From the NCBI GenBank assembly GCA_951406725.2, contig OX597834.1, positions 7,750,001 to 7,814,000 on the forward strand: a DNA stretch of 64,000 bases, written 5' to 3'. Made by a program: the position numbers and the translations under genes. The notes below the pieces were generated by a model. The model saw only the letters and a list, made by a program, of their open reading frames with translations. It ran no database searches and had not been told where the DNA came from. This document shows, piece after piece, positions 40,011-58,324 of this stretch; position 1 is the first letter of the stretch; every line of letters starts with the position of its first letter. This DNA is from Octopus vulgaris. Lineage: Eukaryota.

Positions 40011-41018
40011 ATATGATAGATGATGACGATGTAATGATGGTGACAGTGGTGGTGTTGGCGGTGGCGGTAGTGGCAGTAGTGGTGGTAGTGGTGGTGGCGG
40101 TGGTGTTGGTGGTAGTGGTATTAGTGGTGGTGGTGGTGGTTTTAGCGGTGGTGGTGGTGGTGGTGGTGGTGGTGGCGGTGGTGGTATGGTGGTATTGGTA
40201 GAGGCGGTGAGATGGCAGAAACGTTAGCACGCCGGACAAAATGCTACCACCACCACCACTACCACCAACACCACTACCACCAACACCACCGCCACCACCA
40301 CTACCACCACTACTACCATTACCGCCACCGCCAACACCACCACTGTCACCATCATTACATCGTCATCATCTATCATATCATCTCCATCACCGTCGTCGTC
40401 GTCGCCGCCATCATCATCATCATCGTCGTCCTCATCACCATCATCATCATCGACGTCAATGTGTCATCTTTCTGTTAATTTTCAACACATATTCAATCAT
40501 CTTGGGTATGATGAGCGGAGATAAAATTTGTTACAACTACCACCAGGACTACGAACACCACCAGAATCACAACCACCACCACCACCACCACCACCACCAA
40601 ATATCAATACCACTATCACCGTACTGCCGCTACCACCACTACCAGCACCTATTTCTTTACTACCCACAAGGGGCTAAACGCAGAGGGGACAAACAAGGAC
40701 AGACGAACGGATTAAGTCGATTATATCGACCCCAGTCCGTAACTGTTACTTATTTAATCGACCCCGAGAGGATGAAAGGCAAAGTCGACCTTGGCGGAAT
40801 TTGAACTCAGAACGTAGCGGCGGACAAAATTCCACAAAGCATTTAGCCCGGCGTGCTAACGTTTCTGCCATCTCGCCGCCTCTACCAATACCACCATACC
40901 ACCACCACCAACACCTCCGCCACCACCACCGCCATCACCACTACCGCCACTACCACCACTACCGCCACCGCCAACACCACCACTGCCACCACCATTACAT
41001 CGTGATCATCTATCATAT
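40011..41018. repeat. Local inverted triplication of a (GGT/CAC)-rich segment including a SINE B head
   Basis: 40011-40245 is the reverse complement of 40838-41018; 40011-40140 is the reverse complement of 40246-40378. Confidence 0.75.
40648..40882 (-). mobile_element. SINE family B, full length
   Basis: cctatttctttactacccacaaggggctaaac...ctgccatctcgccgcct. Confidence 0.9.
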
Positions 41019-41625
41019 ATCGTAGACATCGGAGTAGATTTCCTTTGAAACTATGTTTGAAAGTACTCTTCAACCTATCGCTTTACTTTCCGAAATCCAC
41101 CGACCAAATCTTAATGTGGCTTTCGGTAGAAGTTAATATTGCTATTATTTTAGCAGCAGAATATTGTTAATTGAGCAAACCTAATGAAATATTTAAGAGA
41201 TATCGCTGTGCACGTTATCTAATGCGTCATCATATTTCTAAGACAGCAGGGTGTAAGTTGTTGGGGAGTAGGTAACTATTTTGTCGTAATTATAGTGGTG
41301 TTGAAGAAACTAGCATTGCTTCTATCGTTGCAGATGGAATGCAGTTTTGGGATGTATTCCTATTTCCCTAAAGAAGAATTAATTAGAAAAATATGTTAAA
41401 TCAACAGGTGTCACCTTATCCAAGAGTGAGTGAAGAATTCAATAACATTCCTGTGCTTCGAGAAGAATGGCGTAGGTGTCTAAGTTTCGACGAAAGAAGC
41501 ACGACAAGAATTTTCCAGACAAGTTCTATGAAAAAATATGGGGGTACATTATGGACCACCCCAAGAAATAAGACTCAGTCAAAATACAGGTATATTTTAG
41601 TTAACACAGCCATACGTGATGCTGT

Positions 41626-42009
41626 TGTGGAGGCGCAATGGCCGAATGGTTAGTGCAGCGGACTCGCGGTCGTAGGATCGCAGTTTCGATTCCCAGACCG
41701 GGCGATGTGAGTGTTTATTGAGCGAAAACACATAAAGCTCCACGCGGCTCCAGCAGGGATGGTGGTGATCCCTGCTGTACTCTTTCACCACAACTTACTC
41801 TCACTCTTACTTCCTGTTTCTGTTGTACCTGTATTTCAAAGGGCCGGCCTTGTCACTCTCTGTGTCACGCTGAATATTCCCGAGAACTACGTTAAGGGTA
41901 CACGTGTCTGTGGAGTGCTCAGCCACTTACACGTTAATTTCACGAGCAGGCTGTTCCGTTGATCGGATCAAACGGAACCCTCATCGTCGTAACCGACGGA
42001 GTGCTTCCC
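41626..42009 (+). mobile_element. SINE family C, tail type 1, 11-bp TSD
   Basis: TSD cgtgatgctgt at 41615-41625 and 42010-42020; A box tggccgaatgg, B box gtttcgattcc. Confidence 0.92.
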
Positions 42010-42435
42010 CGTGATGCTGTAGAAATCTCGGAGATGTAAAAACCAGTGGCGTGTAGTGAAAATTTCCTTGTAAAAGCAATACGAAGATATTGCAAAGAAG
42101 TGAAAATATGGGCTGTAGTCTGTCTCATGCGACTCAAGAAAAATTATTAACGGACACTTATGTGTACAACAGAGGGTAGTACGGGTGAATGGTTTTCCGA
42201 TATTGGAGGTGAAGTACTTTAACCTATTCTAAACAATGGAGAGCAGAAAATAATATTTTTACTGATGTTTAATTAAATTTAATTCAGTATTTTGCGCTTC
42301 GTTTAGAATAATTTAACTTTTTTTTTCGTTTCAGTTCTATAATAGCTTCAAAACGCTTATCGTCTTTGTATGGCCTTTGTTTAAAGTTCATTGTGTTTTC
42401 GTATGAATTTGATTCCTTGTGGCTAATGAGATTTT

Positions 42436-42436
<1 letters not shown>

Positions 42437-42519
<83 letters not shown>

Positions 42520-42598
42520 TATAACAATAATATTTATAATAATAATAATAATAATGACAATAAAAATAATAACAATGATAATGATAATAATAATTATA
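42437..42598. repeat. (TAA)n microsatellite
   Basis: Direct reading. Confidence 0.95.
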
Positions 42599-42604
42599 GT
42601 CCCT

Positions 42605-43207
42605 AAATATTATTCTCTCGGGATATTGGAAATGGATAAATTGATGGAAAAAGAAATGACAGAGAAATTTAAGGTGGAGTACTTGCGGAGACTGAGAACC
42701 TAAAGTCGAAGTTCAACGAACGGAACAAGTTTGAAGCTATCAACACCTGGGTAGTTCCACACCTTAGATATGGAGCAGGGTTAATCGCATGGGCAGAAGA
42801 CGAATTAAACAGCTTAGACAGAAAGACAAGGAAGTTGCTAACTAGATATGGGATACTCGACCCAAAAAGTGACACAGAAAGTCTGCATGTACCAAGGAAA
42901 AGAGGGGCAAGAGGACTTATTGGATGCGAACATCGTTAGAACAGTAGAAAACAAGATAGCATGGTATGTAAAAATTCCCCAGAACCACTATTATTGGAAT
43001 TAAGAAGGTGAGGCTTGCGTAGGATGGAAGATTGCAAAGATAAAGCACTGTACAAGCACTTGGGAATGAATGAAACTGAAAATAGGTGGATAAAGAAAAG
43101 AATGCATGGTCATTTTCATAGCGATGTTGAAGATTAGACAGAGAGAGAAGAAAGATGGCTATGGATGACTAAAAGTGATTTAAAACCGGAAACAGAAGCT
43201 CTAATAC
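42605..43207 (+). mobile_element. R4/Dong-clade LINE internal fragment (frameshifted)
   Basis: NKFEAINTWVVPHLRYGAGLIAWAEDELNSLDRKTRKLL...PKSD...PRKRGARGL; W..KRMHGHF; WLWMTKSDLKPETEALI. Confidence 0.85.
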
Positions 43208-43354
43208 TTCAAGTCACACGCGTTGTTTGTTTATAGCATCTGTACATCTTACTGAAATATGCTTGTTAATTAAGTCATGGTTAATCAAAATAGTAATAGA
43301 GACAAAGAGTCAATTGGAAGGTACTTTTAAGACTGGGGTATTGGTCTTTCTTGT

Positions 43355-43861
43355 ATGGCCTGGTCAGCCTGTAATGACATGCATAAGATCTGGTCATCAA
43401 ATCTAAGTAGAGACTTCAAACTTGAAATCTTCAAAGCCACAGTCGAACCAATTCTACTATATGGCTCAGAAACCTGGACGTTATCAAAGAAGCTTGAGAG
43501 GCGGTTGGATGGAACCTACACTTGCCTCCTTATGAGAGCTAAAAAATCTTTCGTGGAAGCGCCATCCAACCAAAATGCAAATATATGGGAAACTACCACC
43601 TGTGTCATCTCTTGTGAAAGGTAGGAGAGTCCAGTTTGCTGGACATTGTTGTAGAGTTGAAAACGAGGTAATTTCTACTCTTCTCCTCTGGAAGCCATCT
43701 ATTCGCAATACCAGAGGGCGCACACTCTCCTACCCTGATGTTATCTCCAGGGATACAGGCATCCAGCAACAGGACCTCCGTAATGCTATGCTGGACCGTG
43801 AAGTCTGGCGTAACATAGGAAATTCCATTGTCTTGACCACGGTCGAACAATGATGATGATG
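43355..43861 (+). mobile_element. RTE-clade LINE 3' fragment with (TGA)n tail
   Basis: FKATVEPILLYGSETWTL...RRVQFAGHCCR...LLWKP...AMLDREVWR; one frameshift; ends tgatgatgatg. Confidence 0.85.
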
Positions 43862-44536
43862 GCTTGTATGCTTTTGATTTTTAATGGAATTATTGTTCCA
43901 GATTTCATAACGTTTAATGAATTCCATTTGTGTTGTAGCAGCAGTTATCTACTGGTGTCTTCAATATCCATATAAGTTAAATATTGTCAAATACCTTTCT
44001 GTTTTAAAAGAAGGCTTTCTTCTTTTCCCTGCTTCATGTGATCATCAGCGGTTGCTTCTTTCATTCTTACATACCTTTCCAGTATCCATTGTTTGCTGGT
44101 AATATGTCTTTGTTGATCACGTGTATAACTCCTTTGCTACATCGAACGAACCAGAAGATTTTATATGTTGCTTATAAGCATGGAAGATTTGTATAATTTT
44201 CTGGGTCTTGGGTATAATTACTTGTGAAAGGATTAGAATGACTTTCACAAGAACAATAACGTGAGCTGTTCATTCTGTCTTGTGTAGGATTTCATTGAAT
44301 GCTGCTGTCATACGATACTGGAGACCGGTCAAGTGCTGTAGTCAAGAATTGGGGAGTCTGTTAATGTCATGTATAGGAATTGATTACAGATGCAACTAAA
44401 TAACATGCAACAACAGCATGAACAGTACGAATGTGAAATTTTGCCTATCATCACATTGCAATCTATAAATACCAACTGAGCACGAGGGTCGACGTTTAGA
44501 ACTCTGCCTCTCCTCCAAACCTCCAGCTCTTTTGCC

Positions 44537-45000
<464 letters not shown>

Positions 45001-45001
45001 G

Positions 45002-45016
45002 TTATTATTATTATTA

Positions 45017-45060
<44 letters not shown>

Positions 45061-45080
45061 AATGTTATTATTATTATTAA

Positions 45081-45122
<42 letters not shown>

Positions 45123-45252
45123 TATTATTATTATTAGTTTAATGGAGGCATTAGCAGAAGTAGAAGCAGAGGCAGTAGCAGCAGCGGTGATGGTGGTGGT
45201 GGTGGTAGTAGTAGTCGTAGCCGTAGTCGTAGTAGTAGTCGTAGTCGTAGTC

Positions 45253-45305
<53 letters not shown>
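45002..45305. repeat. (ATT)n then (GTA)n microsatellites
   Basis: Direct reading. Confidence 0.9.
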
Positions 45306-45306
<1 letters not shown>

Positions 45307-46449
45307 TTTGAAATTCTATAAAATAAGTACTAGTTGAGCACTGGGTTTATTGTAACGGACACATCATCTCCCCCCAAATTGCTGGACTTGTGCCAAAATT
45401 TGAAACCGTTATCATCAGTATTATTATTTAGAACATCTTTGTAGAAATCAAAAACAAAAAAAAAATGTGAACGAATAATAGCCAACAACCCAACCAGCCG
45501 ACATGCCAGCAATTTAGGTAACCAACAAACCACCAAGCTAAAATTAAATGAACTCTGGATATAATTTAATTCTACAGTTCCTGTCAACAAGTTATAAAAA
45601 TCGTCTATTTGCAAATATCATAAATCATTGAAGGACAGGAGAATGGAAAATAACAATAACAGCAGCAAGAACAGGAAGTGGAAAACAGAAGCAAGAAATA
45701 GGAATGGTGGAAGAATAACAACAATACGGTGTTGAAGTATGAAAGACAAGAAAATTTACTTTAATTATACACTTTTATTGTCTCATTTATCAATATTTTC
45801 TTGCAGACATTATGTATGTTGAATACAATTGAATTCTGAATATGTAATATGTTTCACTACATTCTTATTTGTGTTTCGTTTGTGTTGTATGCTTATTCAA
45901 CTGTTTGGCTGCCTCTGTTTCTTTAATAATTTATATATACACATATAGGCATATACACATTATATGTGTATTTGTGAGTATGCTGATTTTCGTTTTTAAG
46001 GGCTATTTAAGAGGTTACTTTTCTTGTTTTGTATTTCGGTTATTTTCGAGCTTTATAAAATTTTGCATAATTTTTCTATAAATTTTATATATTTTTAAGT
46101 TAATTCCGTATATGCCTGGACTGTTTCTTTCTATTATTTTAGCTTCGTTTATAACGCCAATCTGTAAATAAGTACAAGTAGAAAATGTCATATAATATAC
46201 AAATATATAACAGAAAAATTGACTCTCTCAAGCTTTTTTATGTATGTCTCTAGCTGTGTAACTATGTGCGTATGCGTGTGTGTGTGTATATATATACACA
46301 CACACACGCATAAATATATGTGTGTGTGTATATATATACACACATATATTTATATATGCAAATATATATACATGTATACGTACATGTATACAGGTAAATA
46401 TATATATGCATATATATATATGTAAATGTATATATATATATATATGTAT

Positions 46450-46482
<33 letters not shown>

Positions 46483-46500
46483 CATGTGTATATATGTATA

Positions 46501-46560
<60 letters not shown>

Positions 46561-46863
46561 ATACATAGCTGTATGTGTGAGTGTGGCTTTGTGTATACAA
46601 GACGTGGTTAATACAAGTAAACATACGGTTTAACATTTTTTGTTTCCTTGTTTGGCGAATTTTTTTCTTCATAAACAAGAAGTGAAAAATAACAGAGGCT
46701 AGACAATATTCATTTAGTTCTCTCTCGCCCTGTGTTTTTCACTCTGTCAGTTTTATATATGTGCATACGTGAATACACAAACGCACGCACGCACATGCAC
46801 ACGCACTTATATGTATGTATAAATGTGTTTGGGTACACACAAGCATAACTACATAGATATATT

Positions 46864-47002
<139 letters not shown>

Positions 47003-47006
47003 TATG

Positions 47007-47045
<39 letters not shown>

Positions 47046-47634
47046 AATGTTCCTGTTCTATTTATCATTCCATAGAAATGGTTCGTTTCATTGATAAAAA
47101 TGAATTAAACAATGAGATGTCATTTTTAATCTTTTCTTTGTGTCTAGTATTTTAGAAAACAACAACGACAACAACAGTAAAACTAAAAATGATGATGATG
47201 ATGATGATGATAATGATGATGACGACGGGATGACAACGGTAATGGTGATGATGATGATGTGTGTTGCGCTGGTAATGATAACTATGGCTGCCACGAAAAG
47301 GAATGATAATAATCATGTTGATATAAATGACAACATCGTATCAACAAATATTTTCTACTAAAGAAAACAAAACACACACACACACACACGCACATACACA
47401 CGCACACACACATACTAATACACACTCATTCATACACACACAAACACATGGGACAGCAACAATAACAACTATCACTTGCGTACTTGAGTGGCATTTTTAA
47501 GCATTGGAATTAATTCAGTTTCATTGTGAAATAATTAACCCGATTCTTGGAAATTTGCAAGTTGTGACGTTTTGAATAAAGTTTAGTCACAGACTCCGTT
47601 TTTACAGTTCTGGGTGAAACCGAATTGAACAATA

Positions 47635-50262
<2,628 letters not shown>

Positions 50263-51519
50263 GACGACTGTCTCGTAAAAGGGACTCCTAATAACAAATT
50301 GTTGTTTTGGGGGTGATGACGACGACGACGACGACAACGATCACAATGATGACGCAATGACAAGGCGTTAATAACGATGAAGATGATTATGATGTTAATA
50401 ACGATAACATCAAAAAAACATCTCCGTTACCCTGTGATAGTAACGAACAGAAACATGACGACCAAAACCGAAAGAAAAAAAATGATGAATTACTAGGTGG
50501 ACCAAATATGCGCTAGGCTTTATTTTGGCGTGCATACAATCTTGTGGGAGCTTTTCTGGCCCAGGGAGTCAATTAAAATATTGATGAGATGATTATGTAA
50601 CAAGAACAAAATCACAGTACATAATTCCATTATTCAACATCGAAGCTATTGCAACATGTCTTGGTATTTTTTTCTGTTGGTGAAATATTTTCTGTTTTAT
50701 TCCTCGTTGGGTTGGTTATTTAGTGGCTGGGTGCTATTGAGACGAGTATTAGGAAAGTGTTTTGTTTTCATTTGTTCAAAATAATTGAGAAGCAGGAATA
50801 CAGCTTAGTTTAACCCTTATCAAAATATTTATGAATATGCATGGATAGTCAGAATAATATTTCAATTTAGAATATTTCTCTTATCGAAGAGTATCATCTG
50901 TGTGTGTGCGTATGTGTATATATATGTATTATTTTTAGTTGTTCTTTTTCAATTATATTCTTTTTATTTTTTTAGTTTTATATATCTGCATATTTTGAAG
51001 AATGCATCATAACGGTTTTTCATACAGTAGAGCAACGCAAACATTCACAGATCTTTTTTTTTTTACTGAAACAGGTTCGCGTCTACGTTGAGCTGTTGTG
51101 CTTCACTTACACTTTGCAATTGAAGATAAAATTTTTGATTTCATTGGCAATAATCATTGTGCATGTAGATGTATAACAATAGGTGATCTTCCTATCTCTG
51201 CTTGCTCATTGCTTCGGCAAACTGATGTACAAATGTTTTATTTTTTTCCCGTCCATTATTTGCCAGGAACATTATACATCTAACCAAATTTATTCAACTT
51301 CTTTCTTTTTATAAATTATTATTGCGCGATATTTTGGGAGAGGTTTCGCCGATATTTCTAACTGACAAAGTCCCAAACTTAGTAAATATGAAAAACCATT
51401 AATGAGGGATAATTTTCGCACACAATTAATTTTTAAACAATTTGTTGCTGAAATATCTGTTACACTTGAAAAGTAGAATGTTTGATGTCCTTTGACCGTC
51501 GCAAGCGTAGTTCTTTGAT

Positions 51520-51830
51520 AAGAAGCTTGCTTCACAACCACATGGCACCTCCGGAAAGTGTCTTCTACTATAGCCCCGGGCCGACAAAATCTTTCTGAGT
51601 GGATTTGGTGGACGAAAACTACTTGTGTGTCTGTATTTGGCACCCACCATTGCTTGACAACCACGTCTGGTGTGTTTACGTCCCCGTAACTTGGTGGTTC
51701 AGTTAAAGATACCGATAAAATAAGTACTAGGCTTAAAAGGAATAAGTGTTGAGGTCGATTTGTTCGACTAAAAGCGGTGCTCCAACATGGCCGCAGTCAA
51801 ATTACTAGAGCAAGTAAAAGAATAAAAGAA
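51520..51830 (+). mobile_element. SINE family A, diverged and internally deleted
   Basis: gtgtcttctactatagccccgggccgac...ggtgctccaacatggccgcagtcaa. Confidence 0.8.
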
Positions 51831-52683
51831 ATTAGAAGCTCGGAAATTGTTCACTAATTCCTTGTGGACCATCCACGAGCATTTCAAGTAATTTAATCCT
51901 AAGAGTTAAATCGCCATTTGAAACTCTGCTTTTTCGGTGCAGAATTTCAGTTTGAGTTCCAGTGTAACGTAAGATGACTAACAGAGAATAAATCTACCAT
52001 TTCTGTAATAAGTTTCTCGAAGACCGGTTTACTCTGATGTATAACATACTGACGTGAATAAGGCAGAGATGTTGCTTCTTATTATTTTTGTGCCTGTTGT
52101 ACTTGGTTATGAGTGTTGTTGAGGTTGAGTACAATCTGTCCTTGACTTAAATTTTGCATCGTCAAAGCTGGTTCGGGTATAAAAAAAATGTATCGTTTTA
52201 TTACTAATGTACCAGTTGTGAGCCTCAACTGGTAGCTATTTATATGGGTAGAGCTGCTCACCCAGTTTCATAAAAATCATCGTAAAGTATACACGACCTA
52301 AAAGAATTTTATGTATGCATTCATAAATAAAACAACTGTCTTGTAAAAAAAAGAAAAAAGAAAAAAAGAATTAGAAAAAGATGAAAACAAATGGAAATGG
52401 ATTCAGAATGGTATTAGTACGACAATAAAAAATGGACTCAAGAAATCAATCATAACAATAAAAGTACAAACGGATGGTATCAACACTCGGAGATTTTATA
52501 AAATTTCATATGTTGCTTACAAAATTAATTTTCCAATCTCTACCATCGCCTTTGTTATTTGATCCAACTTTCCCTGTTTGGAATTACATTACTAAACGTT
52601 CTCTTTAATTCAAGCTTTGAAAATACGCCTTATTTTTCATCCTCTTTGTTTTAGGCCAGTACACATAGACACACACTCACAAG

Positions 52684-52727
<44 letters not shown>

Positions 52728-53513
52728 CTCTCTCTCTCATACATATACACACGCAAACAAGCACACACAAACATTAGTTTAAAGTCTCCTTTTCATCTGA
52801 TATTTGTTGATTTGGCTTCCATTTTTCTCTAGTCATCATAATTCCATTTCCCTCACATTCTGTTCTAGTCTTTTCTACAACGCCATATTACCCCTGAATA
52901 TCAAGTATTTTAACCGAATACTATATATTATTTTCAATTTACAAGTTATCTAACTGCTTAAATATTTCCTCTAGATTCCTGATAACAATTTGTCTCGAGA
53001 TATATTTTTTCTTGACAAACGATCTGAGAGCAAATATTTTGACTGTCATGGTGTAAAAAATTTACTTTCAGTAAAATAAAATTCCATTTTTTAATTTTAG
53101 GATTTATTATATTTTTCCGTTTCCACAAAAACGGTTTAAAAATACAAGCACGCATACACTTAGTCACTCGCAGACACGCACACATAAACATAGATACAAA
53201 TCATACACACACATACACAAAATATATATGTGTGTATCTATAAATATATGAAAAGATGAAGACGCATGTGCACATACGCACACATTTACACATAACCATA
53301 TATACTCGTATAAGGATATAAAAAGAGGTATATGTGTGTGCTTATGTAAACATATATCTTATATCGCTTATTATTTGTTTCAGTCATGAGACTGCGGTCA
53401 TGTTGGGACACCGGCTTGGATTTTTTTTTCTATTTTGGATTGTTTAATATTTCTGATAATATACTCCTTGATACAACATGCTTGACAAGATGCGATATTT
53501 AGGGAGAGAAGAC

Positions 53514-53949
53514 GGATCTTTTCAGTTTGAACGGTAGTTTTTTTCTAGTGGTGTCATATGAAATTGTCACCCATAATTATGACCCTAGTATCGATCTATT
53601 GCATTTCAATGTCTTTTAGGGCTAGGGTTAGTTAGGGTTAGGGTTAGGGGTGGTGGAAGGGTATCTTTTTTTTCTTCCCAAATGTAAATAAACCCAATCT
53701 GTTTCTTAAACGAGGGACATATTCATATGGCACAGAATGCTTTTTAACGCAATAGACGTCACTGATTGGTTGAAATTGCAGAAATTGAAGAACAAAAAAC
53801 AACAAAATATCTTACAAACTATAGAATTTTCTCAATAAAGCCAAGAGAAAAAGTTGTTTTCTAAACACATTCTACCAGTATATGAAGTTTAACATTTTTT
53901 AGTTACCTAGAAATTATGTTAAAAACTGCCGTTCAAACTGAAAAGATCC
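53514..53949. mobile_element. Second Merlin-like MITE copy, opposite orientation to 39296
   Basis: TIRs ggatcttttcagtttgaacgg / ccgttcaaactgaaaagatcc; TSD gagaagac / gagaggac (7 of 8 match). Confidence 0.9.
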
Positions 53950-54261
53950 GAGAGGACTTCTGATTTTAATATTTACTCGAGCACCGCAACAAAACGCTAC
54001 AACTAAAAACAGGAATCTGTGGACCCCGATTAATGTTTGTTGAAAATTTGGAGGAAAACGACTGGGTACTCTTCAAGTCGCGAGCCTTAACCCTGCGAAA
54101 ATACTTTTAATATGTGATTTATCTGCCCTTGGACCTGCATTAGGGAAGAAGTTGAAAATTGTTTTGGCCCACGACACTCCATGTGTAAAATTTCACTGAA
54201 ATCGGTTGGGTGGATCGCGAGTTATAGCGACATGACAAATACACACACGACACACATTCTG

Positions 54262-54323
<62 letters not shown>

Positions 54324-54327
54324 ATAC

Positions 54328-54377
<50 letters not shown>

Positions 54378-54557
54378 ATATATATACACATATGTATATA
54401 TGTGTGTGTGTGTATAATATATGTATATAAATTAGAAAAAATTGAATATACAATAAAACATACACCTATAAGTATTTAAAGTACAAAATAATAAATAAAT
54501 AGTATATAATTGGTATACCTATCTTTCTATCTATATCTATCTATCTATCTATCTATC

Positions 54558-54592
<35 letters not shown>

Positions 54593-54754
54593 AATATAAG
54601 AGAGTGGTCACTATATTGCTCACTCTAGCACCAGTTAATCAATAAAATATTATAATAAAATATTATAATAATCCAGGTTTCTCGTAGCACTAGGCCACTT
54701 GGTGTTGAATAAATATACTATTAAATTAGTATCTAATTCTCTCACCCTTATTAA

Positions 54755-54807
<53 letters not shown>

Positions 54808-55736
54808 TATATAGATTAATATATATTTTGTGACTCGTTAGCACAATTGGTAAAATACCTAATATTATGTAATCCGCCTACATTACTGTAGGCAATATAT
54901 CTTTTGTTAGTGGTTAATTTTCATCGTAACATACGCATAAACTGTGTGTTCATGTGTACTGATGGTGCACTGTATTCTACATTCCCTAATCAGTTCATTT
55001 AAGAATTATCTTATGAATGATCAGCAAACGTCCATGAAAAACATTACTCTTTCATTCATTCCAACACATATGTGTTAAGACTACTAATATACCAATAAAT
55101 ATATAATTAATGCATCGATACATAATTAATACACTCAGCAGTAATTTACAGATATGGCATTTAGAGAAAATTGTACACCTAAAAATTGTTTAAACAAATA
55201 TATATTCATCTGTGATTAGAAGTGAAAATGAAGCGCTCTTTTAAAAGCTTTTATATCTATCCACGTTTATTAGTGCAGAATTTGTACGGTAATTCCTGAA
55301 AGTAGAATATTCTATGGCGTAAATAATTGGAAATATACTTTATGGATTTCTATAGTTCCTTTTTAATTAGAACATCACTTCTAAGTTAAATTAATTATGT
55401 TTGACATTATTTTTGACCCGGTTACATTGCTTTGAAGATGTTAATCAGATATGTTTCAATATTGATTTGTGTGACTTAGAAAAATATTACTTTAGCAATC
55501 GAATGCGGATATTCTGCTAAAATTAGTCCAAAAGTATCACTGTTATTTTTATCAGTCGTAGTATCATTTGGTATCTTTAATATAAGTGTATAAAGGATTT
55601 AATAATGAACAGTTCGTGAAACACTATGCCTTTATTTCACTTCTGCTATGTCTATTTTAATATGAGAGTAAGATGCGTTATAAAAGTATTATACAGTACA
55701 GTATTATAAGGAGTTATCCCTTAAGATTATCATGTT

Positions 55737-55950
55737 GGTTTCAAATTATGGCACAAAAGCCAGCAATTTCGGGGAAGGGGCCAATTTCATTACGTCGTCC
55801 CTACTGCTCGACTGATACTTGTTTTATCCACCCCAGAAAGATGAAAGGTAAATCGTCCCCGGCGGAATTTGAACTCAGAATGTAAGGGAGGACGAAATGC
55901 CGCAAAGCATTTTGGCTGGCGTGCTAACGATACGTCCAACTCGCTGCCGT
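55737..55950 (-). mobile_element. SINE family B variant, diverged
   Basis: gatgaaaggtaaatcg...ggcggaatttgaactcagaa...ggcgtgctaacg. Confidence 0.75.
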
Positions 55951-57614
55951 TTTATTACATCTTATTAACAGAAAAATGTTAGTCCCGAAAACGTTACAAA
56001 CTTTCTGAGAGAGATTTGGAGAAAGGATGAATGGAAGTCAACTCATGTTGATGCAGCATGGAGCAGCTTCACTCAGATTGATTTTTAAATGGAGCCTTAA
56101 TCTTAGAGTTTTATCGTTGGGTTTGGAAACGGAAACCGTTGGAATGGTTTACGATTTGTGTCACACATCTTATTAAAATACTAATTCCACTACTGTTCTG
56201 TTTTTAACTCCAACTGATCTGAGATCAAGATGCATTATGAGCAATATGCTTCCAATGTCGTCCATGTAGCTTTGTCCAACCAAACTTTTCTTATGCCTAT
56301 CGAATGTGACTTTCTTTTCTCAGAGGGTTAAAATAACACAAGTGAAATTTGGCGGCTCTCTACAATAATTCACGCAAATTCCCAGAGATTCCCCTGTTGA
56401 TGCCGTTATTGCTGCGCTGTGTTATTTATTGGAGTTCAAGGCGGCAATATTTCTTACACTCTCTGACATATATACTTGTGGAGCCTATTTCCTTTTCCCA
56501 TTCCGTAACCGTTATTACAGCTTTCTTCAGTCTCTTGCCAAATGATGATTGCAATAGAAATAAACGTCCCACAAACAAAAACCCAAAAGAAAAAAAAAAA
56601 CAAATGCTAAAACGAAGAAATGTCGAACATTGTTAAATTTGAAAGAGTTATATTGAGAATTAAAACTTAATATTCTTAATCTAATTAGTAATACCATATT
56701 TTATACCTCGAGCGTACAGAAGTTAGGTAAATGCAATTATATGGCGATAAATACAAAATATATTAGTCAATGATAAATGTAATTTAAATTATTTAGACAA
56801 ATGTGGCAAGCGTGTTTTAGCTTTATTATACCTAACCCTGTAGAGCGTACATCATTTTACGTGAAGAGAAGCGTTACACATTTAGAATTTGGAGTTTAGC
56901 AAATTGAAAGTAGACGGAAATTGGAAATCAGCCATGGCTGTCCGCTGATTTCTTTAAATACTGAAGAAAGAAAATATATTGCCCCATCATATGAGGAACT
57001 GGCTGAGCTTTGATAGTGTTTCATGAAATACTTAGCCGTAATTCTGCCGACCTTTTCTGTTCAGCGTGCAATTTCAGTCAAAGATGAATTTATTTTCCGA
57101 CTTTACGGGATCGATAGATAAATTAGCGATTAAGGTGGCGATCGACTTGTGGTGATATTATCATTTGTGATGATATTTATTTGAGCTCTTTGAGTTCAAA
57201 TCAAATCGTAACGTATAAAATTTCCTCACCAGAATTAACACTTGAATTATAGTCGAAGTCTTTTCTGCCTAGATCTCCAGAGTTCCTTTCCACTAGTTTC
57301 AGAGAGTATGGCAAGGGTCACGGGCATTCTGCCTTCTCCAAACTAAATACAAGGTGTGTTCGGTGCTTATCTATATAAAAGAGAGAACAAAATTTATAAA
57401 CGAAAATTAAAAACGTGATGAAGAGAAATAATCCTTCGAACATTAGATCAAACCTACTCCACAGAGGAGATAAAGCACACATTCTAATTAATCAGAACTA
57501 ACTAAAAGAAGAATATAGTCAATAGAGTGAGGGGTGTGTCTTATCTAAGCTGTATAATGAGATCTGGATCAAAACGGGGTCTTATTTCTTCACTGTATAT
57601 ATATATATATTTCC

Positions 57615-58324
57615 TTCCGTTAAATGTATGTTGATTCTAGTTGGAAAAATCTTTTTTCTGTGCCTTTACTATCGGAGCTATTTTTAGCACTAGAGTTATC
57701 CACATAGTGGTTAACTCTCTAATAATTTATGTATAAATTTGTATTTTCTCCGTAGTTTTTTGTGCTAAGCCACTCGGTGTTAAATTAATGGTATTATTAA
57801 ATTAATATCAATTTTTCACCCTCATTTATAAATTTATAAATTTAACTATGCGGCAGTAAATATTTTATTTGATGCGGCATACGTTTCCAATTGAGTCTTG
57901 GCATGCTTTTGGCGCGGAATTTGAGGCATAACTAAAAATGCAATTCGTTAAACCGCTCGTGTTTTTGACGCTCGGGTCGGTCTAATTAATTGTATTTAAG
58001 ACAAACCTCTGCTGAAGATTTATAGATGTGTATGTAAGTAAAACTACATATTACATTAGTAATGAAACAATTTGTTCAGGGTCAATCTATTTATTCGTTA
58101 TATTTCACTTTCTTTCCGTTAAATGTATGTTGATTCTAGTTGGAAACATCTTTTTTCTGTGGCTTTACTATCGGAGCTATTTTTAGCACTAGAGTTATCC
58201 ACATAGTGGTTAACTCTCTAATAATTTATGTATAAATTTGTATTTTCTCCGTAGTTTTTTGTGCTAAGCCACTCGGTGTTAAATTAATTGTATTATTAAA
58301 TTAATATCAATTTTTCACCCTCAT

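Noticed and set aside
41629-41704. tRNA-like sequences at the heads of SINE C and SINE A
   Set aside because: No proper acceptor stem; continuous with the SINE body and TSDs, so not tRNA genes
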